From the NCBI GenBank assembly GCA_964252035.1, contig OZ176200.1: a stretch of 64,000 bases of DNA, one strand, 5' to 3'. The notes beneath the pieces are model-generated. The model was not told where the DNA came from, did not search any database, and saw nothing but the letters and a program-made list of their open reading frames with translations. A program made the translations under genes and the position numbers. This document shows, piece by piece, positions 12,726 through 25,845 of this stretch (the first letter of the stretch is position 1; the number at the start of each line of letters is the position of its first letter). Source of the DNA: Podarcis erhardii. Taxonomy: Eukaryota.

Positions 12726-13185
12726 GTTGCTTCCCGCCAACTTTTCAAACCTAGTCCCCACCCCCTGGGGGGGCCTATTGGGGCAGTCCCTCATGACGCT
12801 AGCAGGTCTTCCCCCTCCGATTGGGTGCCGCTCTTACTCCTCAAGCTTTCCCCAACCAATCGCGTTTTCCACCCAAAGGGCGCTTTTGTTTTACCTCGGA
12901 GCGTGTGGAGAGCCGGAGAAGCCTTCGCGCCTTTTCGAAACAAGGAAACGAAACGGTGGTGTGGTTGGTTGGTTTGTTTGTTTTTAATTATTTATTTATT
13001 TATCCGGGGTTCCTATTGGCTAGGAGCCTCCTTCGAGCACCACCCACTTTCGCTTGCGGCTCGACCAATGAGACGGCGCGAGAGGTGATTTCGAAGGCAG
13101 CGCGGCGGGGAGGAAAGACGGCGAGCGCTGAGCGGGCGGGTTTGAAGTGGCGGCGGTTGGAACGGTCGGTTGGATAGAGGCGAGC
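12726..13185. promoter_or_regulatory. Bidirectional CpG-island promoter of OIP5 and NUSAP1 with NF-Y and CHR elements
   Basis: Head-to-head ATGs are 460 bp apart within a CpG-rich region (~12150-13460). CCAAT/ATTGG boxes at 12777, 12820, 12856, 13015 and 13065. CHR TTTGAA on - at 12744-12749 and on + at 13141-13146, the latter preceded by a GC-rich CDE-like GGCGG. Confidence 0.85.
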
Positions 13186-16100
13186 ATGGAGGCTCCTTCC
13201 GCGCAGCAGCTGGAGGCGCTCAAGTACGGCGAGCTGAGGCGCCTGGCCAAGAGCGCGGGGCTGAAGGCCAACCTCAAGGTGCGGGGGCTGCGCGCAGTGA
13301 AGCGGCGTTGGGGCTGGGGAGGGGCGACTGGGTGCGGGCGAGGCGAAACGTGAGAGGGCCGTTTTTCGGAACGAGAGTCGTTTTCGGCCCTCAGCCACAT
13401 GGCCGCCGTTCTTTAGTCGTCTAACTTGCCTTGTGAGCCTCAGAGGAGCTCGCGCGCCCAGGACGAGCTAATTAACTGGACCTTGGGTCTCCAGCTGCTG
13501 TTGGACTACAATTCCCATCATCCCTGACCATTGGTCTTGCTAGCAAGGGATGATGGGAGTTGTAGTCCAAAAACAGCTGGAGACCCAAGGTTGGGAAACA
13601 CTGGCTTAGGGCCCCACTCTCTTGGGCCCCTCCCTAAAAAAAATTAAAGGAAAAAAACTTGGATTTCCAAAATATAAGATAGAAAAACCAAATAAAATAA
13701 AACCTACATACAGGAACAGTGTTTTGTGTTGCGTATGGACCAATTAGGTTCCTAAATTACCATATAGCATATATTCAACATAAAAAACAGCTACAATTTG
13801 TTGTTGAGAAAGGACAGCTGGACATATAAAGGGCCCCATTACCTTCAGTTGCTTAGGGCCTCATCAAACCTCACTCTGTCCCTGCAAACACTAGTGGCCA
13901 AAATTGGGGAAAGTGTATTTCTGAGGTTTGAAAGCTCATAACACCACCTTTTTTTGGAGCAATACCATAAAATTATGTATCAATGGAAAGATAATTTAAT
14001 GAAGAATATAATGCAACAAAGTTTGTTCAGTTATCTGTATGGTATCAATACAAGTCTATCAGCAGAAACGTTAAATCGCCACCCGCGTGTGCACCAACGT
14101 GGCGCTGCGGGTTGCGAACGTGCCTCCCGCATGGATCGCATTCTCTACCTGAGGTTCCACTGTACATCGGAGGCACTAGTCCATATGAACTGTGCCCACT
14201 CAAGTTGCCTAGTCAATTTGAAACGGGCGCCCTACTCAAAACAATTATGCCAGAGGGCGATCTTTTCTAGATTGCTTTCCTGTGGTGCATTTAACTGGCC
14301 GCAAACAAACACCAACTGGCACCGGCTTTGTAGCGAGTGTTTCTAGATGGCTTTCTTGTGGGATCAGGGCTTACCCGTTGCACCCCTTTGTATACAAATT
14401 GGGTTTGGCTTTTGCTGTCCAACTCCCCAAGGATATTCAAGTGCCCTGAGTCCATGATGGGTCAGAGAAGAATAGCCCACATGCTTTCCATCAAGTTCTG
14501 CCTGCTGGTGTGAACAGCAAGTGGTGGAACAGCAGTGAATGTTATCACTACAAAAACAGTGTATGGAAGCTAATGTGCCAAAGACACAGAAAAAGCTGGT
14601 CTGAATTACTTCTTTGTGATATTAAATATCCTTTCCTAGGAGCACCCAGTATGTTCCTCTTTCTCAAATACAGGGTCCCCAATTCTGTTAGCTGAACCAT
14701 ATAGCAGTGAAAGACTATGTAACCTATTTCTATACCTAATGTTTTGCCAACTTGAAAAGACTGCCCATTCTTATTACTCAATATAATCTATCAGTATAAT
14801 CTATCATGACATGTCTATTTAATTTAAAGTGACTTATAATGGTGTATTCTCTAATTTTATATGGAAAAAACCTGGTGAAATGAATCCTTGTGTACACTGA
14901 TCTCACATTATTCTGTAACTGTTTTGTAGGCAGACAAGTTGTTACATTTGTTGAAGCAGCACTTCTTTGCAGCAGTAAAGGAAAATGGAAGTATGGTAAG
15001 CACAAAATATATTTTGCCTATCAATTTCTGTGTTTTTCATTGCCTTTAAAACACCCTGCTCACTTGTTAATTATGCATATGCTGGCACAGAAGTGATTCT
15101 CACCTGATTTTTATCAGAATTATTCTTGGGGTATAAACTGTAAGTAATTTCTGAAATCACCAAATAAGTGATTGAGTTTCAGCTAGGTGGGAAAATCTCC
15201 CCATGTTGCTTCTTCAGTGTTTACAAATAATTTGGAAATAAGAATGATGTGGTCCAATTTACTTGGTACAGGTAAACAAAAGAGGCTTATCTACAGATGC
15301 AGATGAGCTGGACAGCAGTCAACCGCTTGTAAACGAGTCCATGGTGACTAAAAGGCGTAGAAAACAGAAATATGATGATACACAGGGAAACCCAGAAGGA
15401 AAAACAGAACTTCCAGAGAAAGAGGTGACTTTATGTATCATTGAGTCTTTGTATTGTAAATATTTACCTGCTGCTTTTGGAAGTTTATGCTGGTATTTTG
15501 TGCTTTTGAAAAGCGTTTTATATGAAAAGGCTATAGTGCTTTATGCGATGATCAAAAGGTAACAACATTTATGAGTTGTGTGTACTATGTCCTTCAAAAA
15601 GGTGTCAAGAAATGTCTGATCCTGAACCCTGTATAAATTAAGTTATGAATAAGTTACTTTGTAGCATTGTTAGTTATTGGGTGCAAAGAACTATTCAGTG
15701 TACTCTCCAGCTTTTGAAATCCATGTTCTGATCGCCCTATCTTTTGCCCGTATATTTACAAGCATGCATTGAAGCCCTAAGGCTTTCTTTTACTGTTCTA
15801 CTGTAGCAGAAAAGCAAAATGCTTATTTACAAGTTTATTTTTTTGAACTTCAGATTCTGACAGAGGTGACAGAATGTGAAGAGGCCCAGGAAGTTGAGTC
15901 TAGAAAAACGCTGAAGACCAGCCAAAACAAGTGTCTGTTGAACAGTGGAACTGTAGAAAATTTAGCAGATACCTCAGATACTGAAGATCAACAAAAAGAG
16001 AAAAAAACCAGAAGAAAAGGAGGTAAAGTAACTTGTACTTTTAAGTAAAATGCTTGTTTTGTACTAGTTCAGTACAGTGTGGGGGATAAGCTGTGGTCTG

Positions 16101-19100
16101 TATTTTCACACTCAGTAAAATCTAGGATTCTTGGGAGCTGAACAATAGTTTGTAGACAGTAAGATTCAGGGGCAGCAGTGTGCAGTGCTGCTCAGGCTAG
16201 TAGTCTAATGTGAGAGGAGCTTTAATGTACCACTTTTACTTTCCTCTTTGTCATCAGCATGCTCAACAAAATCGCCATTGCACAAAGTCATTAGTAGAAA
16301 GCCTTAGCAAACATTACACTCATATGAAAGATTATCTGATGGAAACTCGAATAGCTAAATTTGTCCTGCTTAAGAAATTTGAAAATATTAAGAACAGTTT
16401 GAAATTGTAGCACTATTGTTGCCCAATAATTTTCAAGTTTTCTCCCATATCTGTTTCCATCAGGTAGGATTCTTGTGGATCCTGTCTCTGAAAAGAAACC
16501 TGGGAGAAAAGGATTTGCTTCTACCACTCCAAGTAAGTAGCATTAATACAGCTGACCTGCAATAGAAGGATAAAATATTAACCTATTTGTACATGAATCT
16601 AAATGTTTAAATGCACAGGTGCTGTTTTTATCCTTCACTTTGTCATTTGTTCGGCTGTTAAATCACACTGATGTGCTTATTTTTAAAAATATGTGGGAAA
16701 GATTTTTATGGAAGAATTTTGCAGCAAATCTTCAGAGCCACTGATATGGTAATCAGCAACTATCCTCAGCTTGCAGTTGGATTCCCTGTCTTGACTACTG
16801 AAAAGTATCTTATGTGACACTTGATGCTTGCTATTTCTGTTTTGCCTTCTGTGTAACAGTTCAGATGAAACTCACACAATTCCATGTACGTGAGATTTCT
16901 TTGTGCAAAGGGTTTTAACCAGAACAAAACATCTTTTGTAGGGCATTTGAAGGCCCTTGAACAAATATGTAGAGGAGCACGGGGAGACTTGGAAGTAAAT
17001 TTAAAGCTTCATACTAATGAGTACAACAACAACAATAATAATAATAATAATAAACTTTTCTTTTTGATGTACTAGTATTCTGCTTATATTTCATATGTAC
17101 CAGCTCATTTTCTTGCACCTGCTACGTGTGCTTGCATCTTAAAATAACCATGCTTTCTTACTCTGATAAGCTGTAATAAATGTGCAAATATTTCCAAGTT
17201 TTCCCATGCTCACGGGTCACTGTCCATGAAGACACTAATATCTGGTACAAATGCAACTGATTAATACATGCTTCCATGACATTACGTGCAGATAACCTGT
17301 AGTTACTGGCATGTTAGAGAGGGAAATGTGGGAAAACTGTCAAACTCATACTTCTAGAACATTGCTGTGAAAAAGCAAAATTCAAGTTTTGACATCTGAA
17401 AACATTTGGAGATTACATTTTTACGTACCCAATAACAGTTCTCTTAAGCTACTGTATGTTGTATACTGTACCAAAAGTTAGAGGCACGAATGATATTCTA
17501 TGCTGCAAACATAAATGAGAAATCAAAACTCTTCCGCATTTGAAGTAGCCTTGTTCTTTTCTTAAAAATATTAGTCTGATTTATCAGCATGAATAACAAG
17601 AAGGAAGATCTCATGAATCTGATATTTTTACTGACATTCATGAAGCTAAAAAATAGATGTCAAGACCTTGGGTGATAAGAGAAGCAGGAATGGTTTGTGC
17701 AAGTACTGAACAAAAGAGACTTATAACTAAAAATGGGAGAATAAATTTAATAAGGGTACAATAACAGATAATTAATTTTTTAAAATGGCAACTTTATTTC
17801 GAGAGCAACAAAGCACCTATTCAAAACAAATGCCTGTTCATGTATTGAATCCACTATAGAAATTCAGCAGTAAATCTTGTTATACATATTTGTATCCAGT
17901 GCTGCACAAGTGGAGTTGCACTCACACAATGATATTTCCCCTTCCTCCTTCTCTGTTCATCCACAGAATCTTCTCTGGAGCAGATGTTCTGGCTATGTGG
18001 GGTGGGGCTGTATGGGGCAGGAGAAAAGGAAGTTATTGTGCAAATGGAACAGCAATGTTGGACACAACCTTGTAAAGTTTCTAGTTGCAAATAGAATAAC
18101 AATCTTTGCCTCCCAACTGCAGCAGTCTGCTGCATTTCTCTGCTGGGTGCAGATAAGGGAACTGAGTGCTCCATTTCTCTTCTAGCATGCTCACCTGCAT
18201 GATTCTTGTTGATTTATATTGGGCTGCAAACTAGCAATTAAATTGGTATGTGTCCTTTTAAAGAAAAATATTGGTAACAATGTTCTTTTTAATTCTGAAG
18301 ACTTTAAGAAAATTCACGAGGCTCAGTTCAAGAAAATGCAATCTATTGATGAATACATTGAAAGGAAAAATAAAATGATTCGCAAGTTCAGCAATTCAGT
18401 TAATGAGGTCAAGGTAAGGATTAACTTTCTCCACCCCACCCTATATGTAGAGTATTTGGAATGAAACCTGCATTCACTCATAGTAATTACCAGCAAGGGT
18501 GCATGTCATAAATTTAGCCCTCCTTTCTTCCAAAGACCATCTCACCAATCAGTCCCTGCGTACTGTGAAGTTCTTTCATACAATGTATTCTGACCCACAG
18601 AGTAGCTTGGCCCATTCCTAATTGCCCTGCATTCTCCTTACCTTTTGCTTTTTCCATTTTTCTTCTTTTTTTTCATTTCTTTTCTTTTTGTTAGAGCCTC
18701 CTTAATCTTCAGGGGACATTCTTACCAGGGTTGAAACCAACTTGTCCCCTTAAGTCTTGTGGAGATTGACTCTTTAAACATTTGTATTTTATAATCACCA
18801 GGTATTTCAGCATTATGACTGCAGGAACTATTAAAGTATTCTGCGCCCCTACTCACTCCCCTCACCAACCCCACAATCACTCCAGCATCAACATCCTACA
18901 GCTCCTTCCCACCCCATGCAGTGAAAAAGCTCGCTTTTCATATTTCCAACCCCATTCAGGATAGAAGTCACTTCTATTCTGCAACCCTGCTTTGCACCGG
19001 TTTTCGCATTCACCCCCAAGTTCATGCAGCCTCTTCCCTACATTTTTATGCACCCTCCCTGCACACAGACCCATCTACATTCTCTTCCCAAACATTGCAA

Positions 19101-22100
19101 CTACTAATTACTCTTGTCATCTGCCAAATTATGAAGCTGCCATCCCCTCCTATTCAGCATCCCCTTTTGTGCCCCTACTTTTTTGCAGCCCCTTTTGCAC
19201 CAGTTTTACCATCACCCTTTACCTCCCCCCCCTTTCCTTTTCTCAACTCCTGCTTGCACACAGACCATGCTTCAATGAACAACATTGCATGAAGGTACTA
19301 TGGAATATTTGAGGGCTCCACATCCATCCTCTATCTTTCTCATATTAGGCAGCTGAAGAATGGAAGAGGGAGAGATTTGAGTACACCATGATGCAAGGGA
19401 CACTGACATATTCCCCTTCATTTCCCTCAGTGCTCCTTCCTCCACAGCACTGCAAATGCCCCACTTAAATCTATCCACTTTCATCTACTCCCCAATTCCT
19501 CCACTCCAGCCTTTCCCCCCCCCTCTGCCACTGGAGCCCTAAAATTGTGTTTCTCTCACAGTTACCTTTCTTTCTATTCCCCTCATTCCTCCAAATGCCA
19601 CCTTTACCCCCACCCAGTCCCACCTGCCCCTTCCTCTTCTCTTCCCCACCTCACACACAGAAAGACTTCCCCTTCCCCACCAAGTCATTTACAATAGTGT
19701 CTTCTCCCTTTTCTCCCTCTTCCTCCTCCTGCCCCTGCTTTGGAAAGTTAGGAATCAGCCCCCGAAAACAACACAGAGGTGGGCTAGTGCAAATATAATT
19801 TAGATGTGAAAGTTTGCTAGGCATTATAGCCAATGTGATAAGCTAACAGCTTCAGATAACATTCCAATTGAGACCCATGTGATCTCTGCCTGCTTTTCAG
19901 CAGGCAATGAAAATGTGGCTCTTTAGCTTAGGGCACTAGATACAGCCTGGTTTTGGAGTTTGGTTTTGTGTTTATCACTTGGTTTAACTTTGTAAAGCAC
20001 TAAAATATCCTAATGGACTGAAAGTGCACAGAAGTATTGACAAATTAAACTTTAAAGCAATCATATTTTGAGGTTCATATACTGATTTCAGTGGTTTTTC
20101 ATCTCCTGGTATAGTAGCTTTCCTAATGCCTGCCTAGGGCTCAGACAGACAGCAATAGGCAGTTTCTGCTTATGTCAATTTTTGTGGGATTTCTTATTTT
20201 GGATAAAGCAAGCCATATTTGCTTTTAATTGGGCAATGTGTTCATCTTGGGGAACTAGAATAACACCCATAGAAATGATACAGTTTATCTTCAAATGTTG
20301 GCAGATGCTGGCTCAGAAGACATCTCAAAACAGTAGTTCCAAGGTGAGAATAAATTATTGGTTTTCAGCTTACCTTAAAACTTTAATGATCCCTGACTTA
20401 CTCCAAATCACCGTGCAGACTTGAAAATATGCTAATATCCCTCATATTTGCAGAAGCGTTCCAGTTCCAGAGGGTTTTTATTAAGCCCTTATCCTCAAAG
20501 GAATAAGCAGTCTGCTGTGTGTACTCCCGTAAACTTGCGACACTCACCCCGCAATTCTTCTGGCACTGCAAACAAAAGCATTTTATCTCAAAAATCAATA
20601 TTCAGCTCAACCTGCCTCTCTACCACCAAGATGAATGTCAGGTAAAGACACTATAAGTAGCAACAGCTAATAAAATAATGTTAGTATTGTGAGATTGTGA
20701 CATTTATAGAATGCTACACAGTTGAAGCATGTGTATATTTAATTACAACAATGGATGAAGGGTTGATATACACATGTAATAGACAAAATAAAAATAAACA
20801 CTACTTTAAAAGATTGTGGGGGGGTTAGTAGTTCGGGCTCTGTTGCATGTTTTCAGTGTTTATTTGGAAGAAAATTGATTTAAGGAATAGCTGAAACTCA
20901 ACCATTAAATACTGAAAAGAACTGTTTTGCTCAGATTCTCTACATCTACAAAGGATAACGAGCACAAGCGCTCCCTTACCAAGACGCCATCTAGAAAAAC
21001 TCCTTTCCCGAACGTTGGTACCCCAGCCAGCCAGGAGAGCAATAAGTCAATAACTATGACAAATTCCAAAGGAAGTGCAACAAAGCATCAATCAGCAGAA
21101 ATCCCAACAAACTCTGGTAACTGATGAACTTAATTTGCAAATAAACACAATGGCAATTGTCTATACTTGATTCTACAAGGACGAGGTAATTCTTGCAGTG
21201 TAGGCATCTGGTACAGAATCTGTGGGCTATTGTTGCATAGTCAGGATTGGGTTCTCTCTCCTCAGTGTCTAAGGCACTGAAATAACTCTACACTGATGGA
21301 GTGGGCAACAAGAAGGGAAAAATTAATTCAGCATGAAAAGCTGGAACAGCATTGCCCTCCAATATGCAGTCCAGTGTGTTATAAGTAAACTGTCTCTGGA
21401 GACAGGTCTTTCCTCATTCCTTCCTTGATTTGTCTCTTGAAGCCCATGTGGTGTCCTGTCTCGTCACTCTTCACCCCCTGCGACCCATATTCTTAATGGA
21501 AATTTTCTTTCCTTTAATAAGCGCTTGTCTAATTGAAAGGCATTCATGCTCCTTTGGAATAAAGGCAGTTTTATAGTGTAACTATATTTGTAACTTATTT
21601 GTTCAGTACATTAGATGACTGAAAAACTCAAGCCGACTTTTTAGTTTAAAAAAGAGCAACTTCATCTTTTTAACCTTTTGCTTTTGCTCTGGGGAGTTCA
21701 GTATTTAGTATAATTACTACTAGAATCCAAATGGAAGTGTAAGGGTAATTAGTTTTTCATCAAATTTACAGCTCAGTCAAGCTTCTATACATAACTTTTA
21801 TACACTTTCAAGCAGCAAACAGTTTAGCTGGTATCATTTGCTAAGTTTTACTTGCCCGTCACTGGTGTTCATATGCGGTCTTCTTTTAATAGCCGTTACG
21901 CCTTTCAAGTTTGAAGCCACCAGCGCAAAGAAACCAGTATTTGATCTACAAGCAAGTCTGTCAAGACCTCTTGGCTATCAGCCACACAAAGGTATTGAAA
22001 ATTGGCATGCCAATATAGTTGCAAAATGTGTGTTTTCCTAAAATGACCCCAACTTTCAGTGTACATAGAATCATAAATTTGTAGAGCTGAAATACACCAC

Positions 22101-25100
22101 AGGGCCATCTAATCCAACCCCCTGCAATGCAGGAATCCTTTGCCAAACATGAGCCTTGAACCTATGTCTCTGGGATTAAGAGTCTTGTGTTCTACCAACT
22201 GAGATCATACCACTTGGATCGATAAATTTTATGTACATCATTTAGAAATCTTATTGAATTTGTCTTTTCTAAATCATATTGAAATGAGTTCATTCTTGAT
22301 TTGTGAAGGCCATGACGCAGACCTTTAGACAAAGTAGAAAGCACTACCAATCCTAGGGATTTTTGCCTGTTACATACAGAGGTAGGGAAAGTGCATTTCT
22401 GTCTAGTTCTGTTAACTGCAAAGGATAGCAAGTAAAATAACCATCTTGCAGCTTTTCTTGAATTCCTATATATGCTTTACTGTATTAGTACTGTTCGCTA
22501 GTTTCTCACAGAAGACATACAGTGGTGCCTCGCAAGACGAAAAGAATCCGTTCTGCGAGTCTCTTCGTCTAGCGGTTTTTTCGTCTTGCGAAGCAACCCT
22601 ATTAGCGGATTAGCGCTATTAGCGGCTAAGCGGCTTAGCAGCTTAGGAAAAGGGGGGGAAAGCGAGAAAAAATCGTAAGACTCGCAAGACGTTTTCGTCT
22701 TGTGAAGCAAGCCCATAGGGAAATTCGTCTTGCGAAGCGCCTTGAAAACGGAAAACCCTTTCGTCTAGCGGGTTTTTCATCTTGCGAGACATTCGTCTTG
22801 CGGGGCATCACTGTACAGTAATTGTGTGAGTAAAACCCACTACTGATAGGCTTGAAAAAAGTTACCTGATGTAATCATTCTTTGATCATAAAATTCAATG
22901 TGTTCAAGCTTTCCAGAGTAATAATACACTGCAAGTAGTAAGTGCTAATGTGCAGACTGAAATTGGAATATACTTAATTATCTTCAAGTTCACTTAAACA
23001 ATTTGTGCTATATACAAAAGCTAAATCTTGGCACATTTTCCTTCTATGTAAATATAGGAAAACTGAAACCTTGGGGCAACTCAAAGGAGAATCTCCAGTC
23101 TCCATGTTCACACAAGAGAAATTATAAACAGCCACTTCTTCAGACTAGGCAAGTATATGACTTAAGGCTGCCATACAGTCTACCATAAGCTGTTTTCAGA
23201 TGTTGTGACCACTCTCATAACTTTACCTCACTTCACTTCACTCCACTCACATGTGTATGCTTTGGAAATCATAAAAGAGCTCAAACAGGGGACCAATCCT
23301 AGTATGGGCCACCTTACCTACCCTCTAGTAGCAATGTTGGTGGTCCCATGCCATCCAGTGAGGTCTCCTATAGACAAAGTAAGGATTTGATAGTTCTGCA
23401 ATAAGACTGCTGTGTATAGAAGTGATCAAGCAAGCAGTGTCACACCTGCGGGCCATACACATGGCAAGCAAAAAGGGTTTTGTGCATATACTAACATCCT
23501 TGGCAAAGTATTTTTATATTGTGGGTGGATGTTATGTATTACTTTATTTGAAATATTGCCTAACACAAGTATGTGCCTAACATACGGTATGTGTAGAAAT
23601 TCTCCCCATGAGACGGGATACTGAGCCACTCGAGATCTCCCTCTCCCATGGATGAGCTCTTTGCACACATTAGTGTGCATGCCTTCTCACCCTCACAAAA
23701 TATGCAGGGAGGGAGGTCTGGCCACCTTTCATAGGCTTTCAACTTAGGAAGCTCATCTGAAGCCACTTGATAGAAAACATTGAAAGTCCTGACAAAAGCA
23801 AAGGGAAGAACTTGATTTAAGAGAGGGACATGAAAATAGGTGATATACTTTTAAGTTTTAATTGTGCGAAGCATAAAAGACAGCGACAGCTCCTCAGGCA
23901 CCCTTAGGTTGGAGATACAAATAATGAAAAGTGGTACCCCATTAAGTAAGGGTTCCCCCTGAAGTGTACTCTTGGGTTGAGAGCTGAAACATCCGCACCC
24001 CCCCCAATACTTCTGTCATTCTGCAACATGAGGTTTGGGGCCAGCAGTACAGCTTGGGGATAGGGGAAAGGGAGGTTTAAAATAAACCATAAGGTGTGTT
24101 GTTCATGGTGGCCCTGTGAAATGCCCTCCCATCAGATGTCAAGGAAATAAGCAACTATCCTATTTTTAAAAGACAGGCAGCAGGCCTGTTTAGGGAAGTT
24201 TTTAATATTTAATGCTGTATTGTTTTTAATACTCGATTGGGAGCCGCCCAAAGTGGCTGGGGAAACTCAGCCAGATGGGCAGGGTATAAATAATAAATTA
24301 CTATTATTAATAATTATATTACACACTCAATTTAAACTTGCTTTAGGGATGAAGGAAGGTTAAGTACTTCTGTCCTTGCAGGCCCCTGACTAATACTGGC
24401 CCTTTAAAGAGATGAAACTGTCTTCAGTTTTCAAGCCTCCCATTATGCTACAAATAATCTTAAGTGGCAGCTAAAGCTACTTATCAATATTAAAAATCTT
24501 GTATATAGTTTATGCAATTTAAACCCCAATCTGAATTGAAACCTTTCTCCAGTATATCCAGTATTATTCTCAGAGCAGTCATTCAGAAATACAAATACTT
24601 GACTTCTAGGCTGAGCTAACAAGTAGATATGGAAAGCAGAGAAGTAACTACAGCAATTTCTTATTTGCCTATCTTATGGATGGGGTCATACTTATTTTCC
24701 CAAATATTCTCAAAGACAACTTACCGTATTTTTCGCCCTATAGGACACACTTTTTCCCCTCCAAAAATGAAGGGGAAATGTGTGTGCGTCCTATGGGGTG
24801 AATGCAGGCTTCAGGAAGCTATCCGCAAGCCTGGGGAGCCAGCGGGAGTTCCCGAGGGGGTCCCTAGGCTTGCGGATAGCAGCCTGCATCCCAAAACCCG
24901 GGGCGCAAAGCGGAGCGCACCCCGGCTTTGCGTAGCTCTCCGCAAGCCTTATTTTGTTTTTTTTGGGGGGGGGGAATAAAGGGGAAAAAAATATTTCCTC
25001 TCCAGGCACGGGGCTTCCCCTGACCCCAGAACAGGCAGCTCTCCGCAAAGTCGCGCCGGGCTCCCACGGCTTGCGGAGAGCTGCCTGCATCCCAAAGCGC

Positions 25101-25845
25101 GCCCCAGGCCTCAAGCTTGAGCTCAGCGCGCCCCAGGCCTCAAGCTTCGCACAGCTCTCCGCAAGCCATGGGAGCCCGGCGCGACTTTGTGGAGAGCTGC
25201 CTGTTCTGGGGTCGGGGGAAGCCCCGTGCCTGGAGAGGAAATATTTTTTTCCCCTTTATTCCCCCCCCCCAAAAAAAACAACAACTAGGTGTGCCTTATG
25301 GGCCGATGTGCCCTATGGGGCAAAAAATACGGTAATTATTTCACATATGACTGGAATTCAACCATGCAACTTTATAGTCGAGTATGGTTCCCCCCTGAAA
25401 ATGTAATGCCTCCTTCCAGATGTAAAAATGGATGCAGCAACAAAAGAACACTGAGCTGTTTGTCTTTACAGTGGTACCTTGGGTTAAGAAATTCGTTATG
25501 GAGGTCTGTTCTTAACCTGAAACTGTTCTTAACCTAAAGCACCACTTTAGCTGATGGGGCCTCCTCCTGTTGCTGTGCTGCCACTGCACCATTTCGGTTC
25601 TCATCCTGAAGCAAAGTTCTGAACCTGAGGTACTATTTCTGGGTTAGCGGAGTCTGTAACCTGAAGCGTATGTAACCCAAGGTACCACTGTATTGGCTTT
25701 GTGTACTTGTTAGCACTGGTGCATGAGTTAATCTAATATGGTATGTTTTGCTTACAGAGAAGAAAGGAGGGAGAGGCATGTCCAGGAAAGAAAACAGAGA
25801 AAAGACGAAGTGCTTAGATCCCGGAGAGGATTAACTGTTACTTAA
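13186..25845 (+). CDS. NUSAP1: Nucleolar and spindle associated protein 1, 12 exons, 449 aa
   Basis: join(13186..13278,14930..14995,15272..15424,15854..16022,16464..16532,18301..18413,20305..20343,20454..20641,20935..21116,21893..21991,23058..23148,25758..25845); 1350 nt in frame. SAP-like N-terminus [28 protein letters not shown]; [23 protein letters not shown]; [22 protein letters not shown]; [28 protein letters not shown]. The 39-nt exon is the least certain; the penultimate exon uses a GC donor. Confidence 0.93.
13480..13603. mobile_element. hAT MITE, one end eroded
   Basis: Internal palindrome GGACTACAATTCCCATCATCCCT...AGGGATGATGGGAGTTGTAGTCC shared with the 10381/50782/57230 copies; right TIR GGTTGGGAAACACTG. 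Confidence 0.75.
17020..17052. repeat. (AAC)n(AAT)n microsatellite
   Basis: AACAACAACAATAATAATAATAATAATAA read directly. Confidence 0.85.
22064..22207 (-). mobile_element. tRNA-derived SINE with CR1-type tail (Squam2-like)
   Basis: On - strand: A-box-like CTCAGTTGGTAGAAC, B-box-like GGTTCAAG, then GGGGTTGGATTAGATGGCC...TTTATGATTCTATG, a CR1-like 3' tail. Confidence 0.7.
22520..22813. mobile_element. Tc1/mariner MITE (CAGTGGTGCCTCGCAAGACG family), short form
   Basis: TIRs CAGTGGTGCCTCGCAAGACGAA / TTCGTCTTGCGGGGCATCACTG, TA flanks; ends match the 32732-34344 element in opposite orientation. Confidence 0.88.
24160..24315 (+). mobile_element. L2-type 3' tail fragment
   Basis: GGGAGCCGCCCAAAGTGGCTGGGGAAACTCAGCCAGATGGGCAGGGTATAAATAATAAATTA, typical of the lizard L2/SINE terminus. 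Confidence 0.6.
24724..25332. mobile_element. Tc2/pogo-like MITE with internal inverted repeat
   Basis: TIRs CCGTATTTTTCGCCCTATAGG / CCTATGGGGCAAAAAATACGG with TA flanks; internal ~130-bp inverted arms (~24955-25085 vs ~25150-25280); related to 59150-59538. Confidence 0.85.
25469..25690. mobile_element. Tc1/mariner MITE
   Basis: TIRs CAGTGGTACCTTGGGTTA / TAACCCAAGGTACCACTG, TA flanks; inverted copy of the 4860-5076 family. Confidence 0.87.

Noticed and set aside
12255-13088. 277-aa + strand ORF and neighbouring overlapping ORFs
   Set aside because: Antisense to OIP5 exon 1 and running through the GC-rich promoter; stop-poor CpG-island sequence with no recognisable domain.
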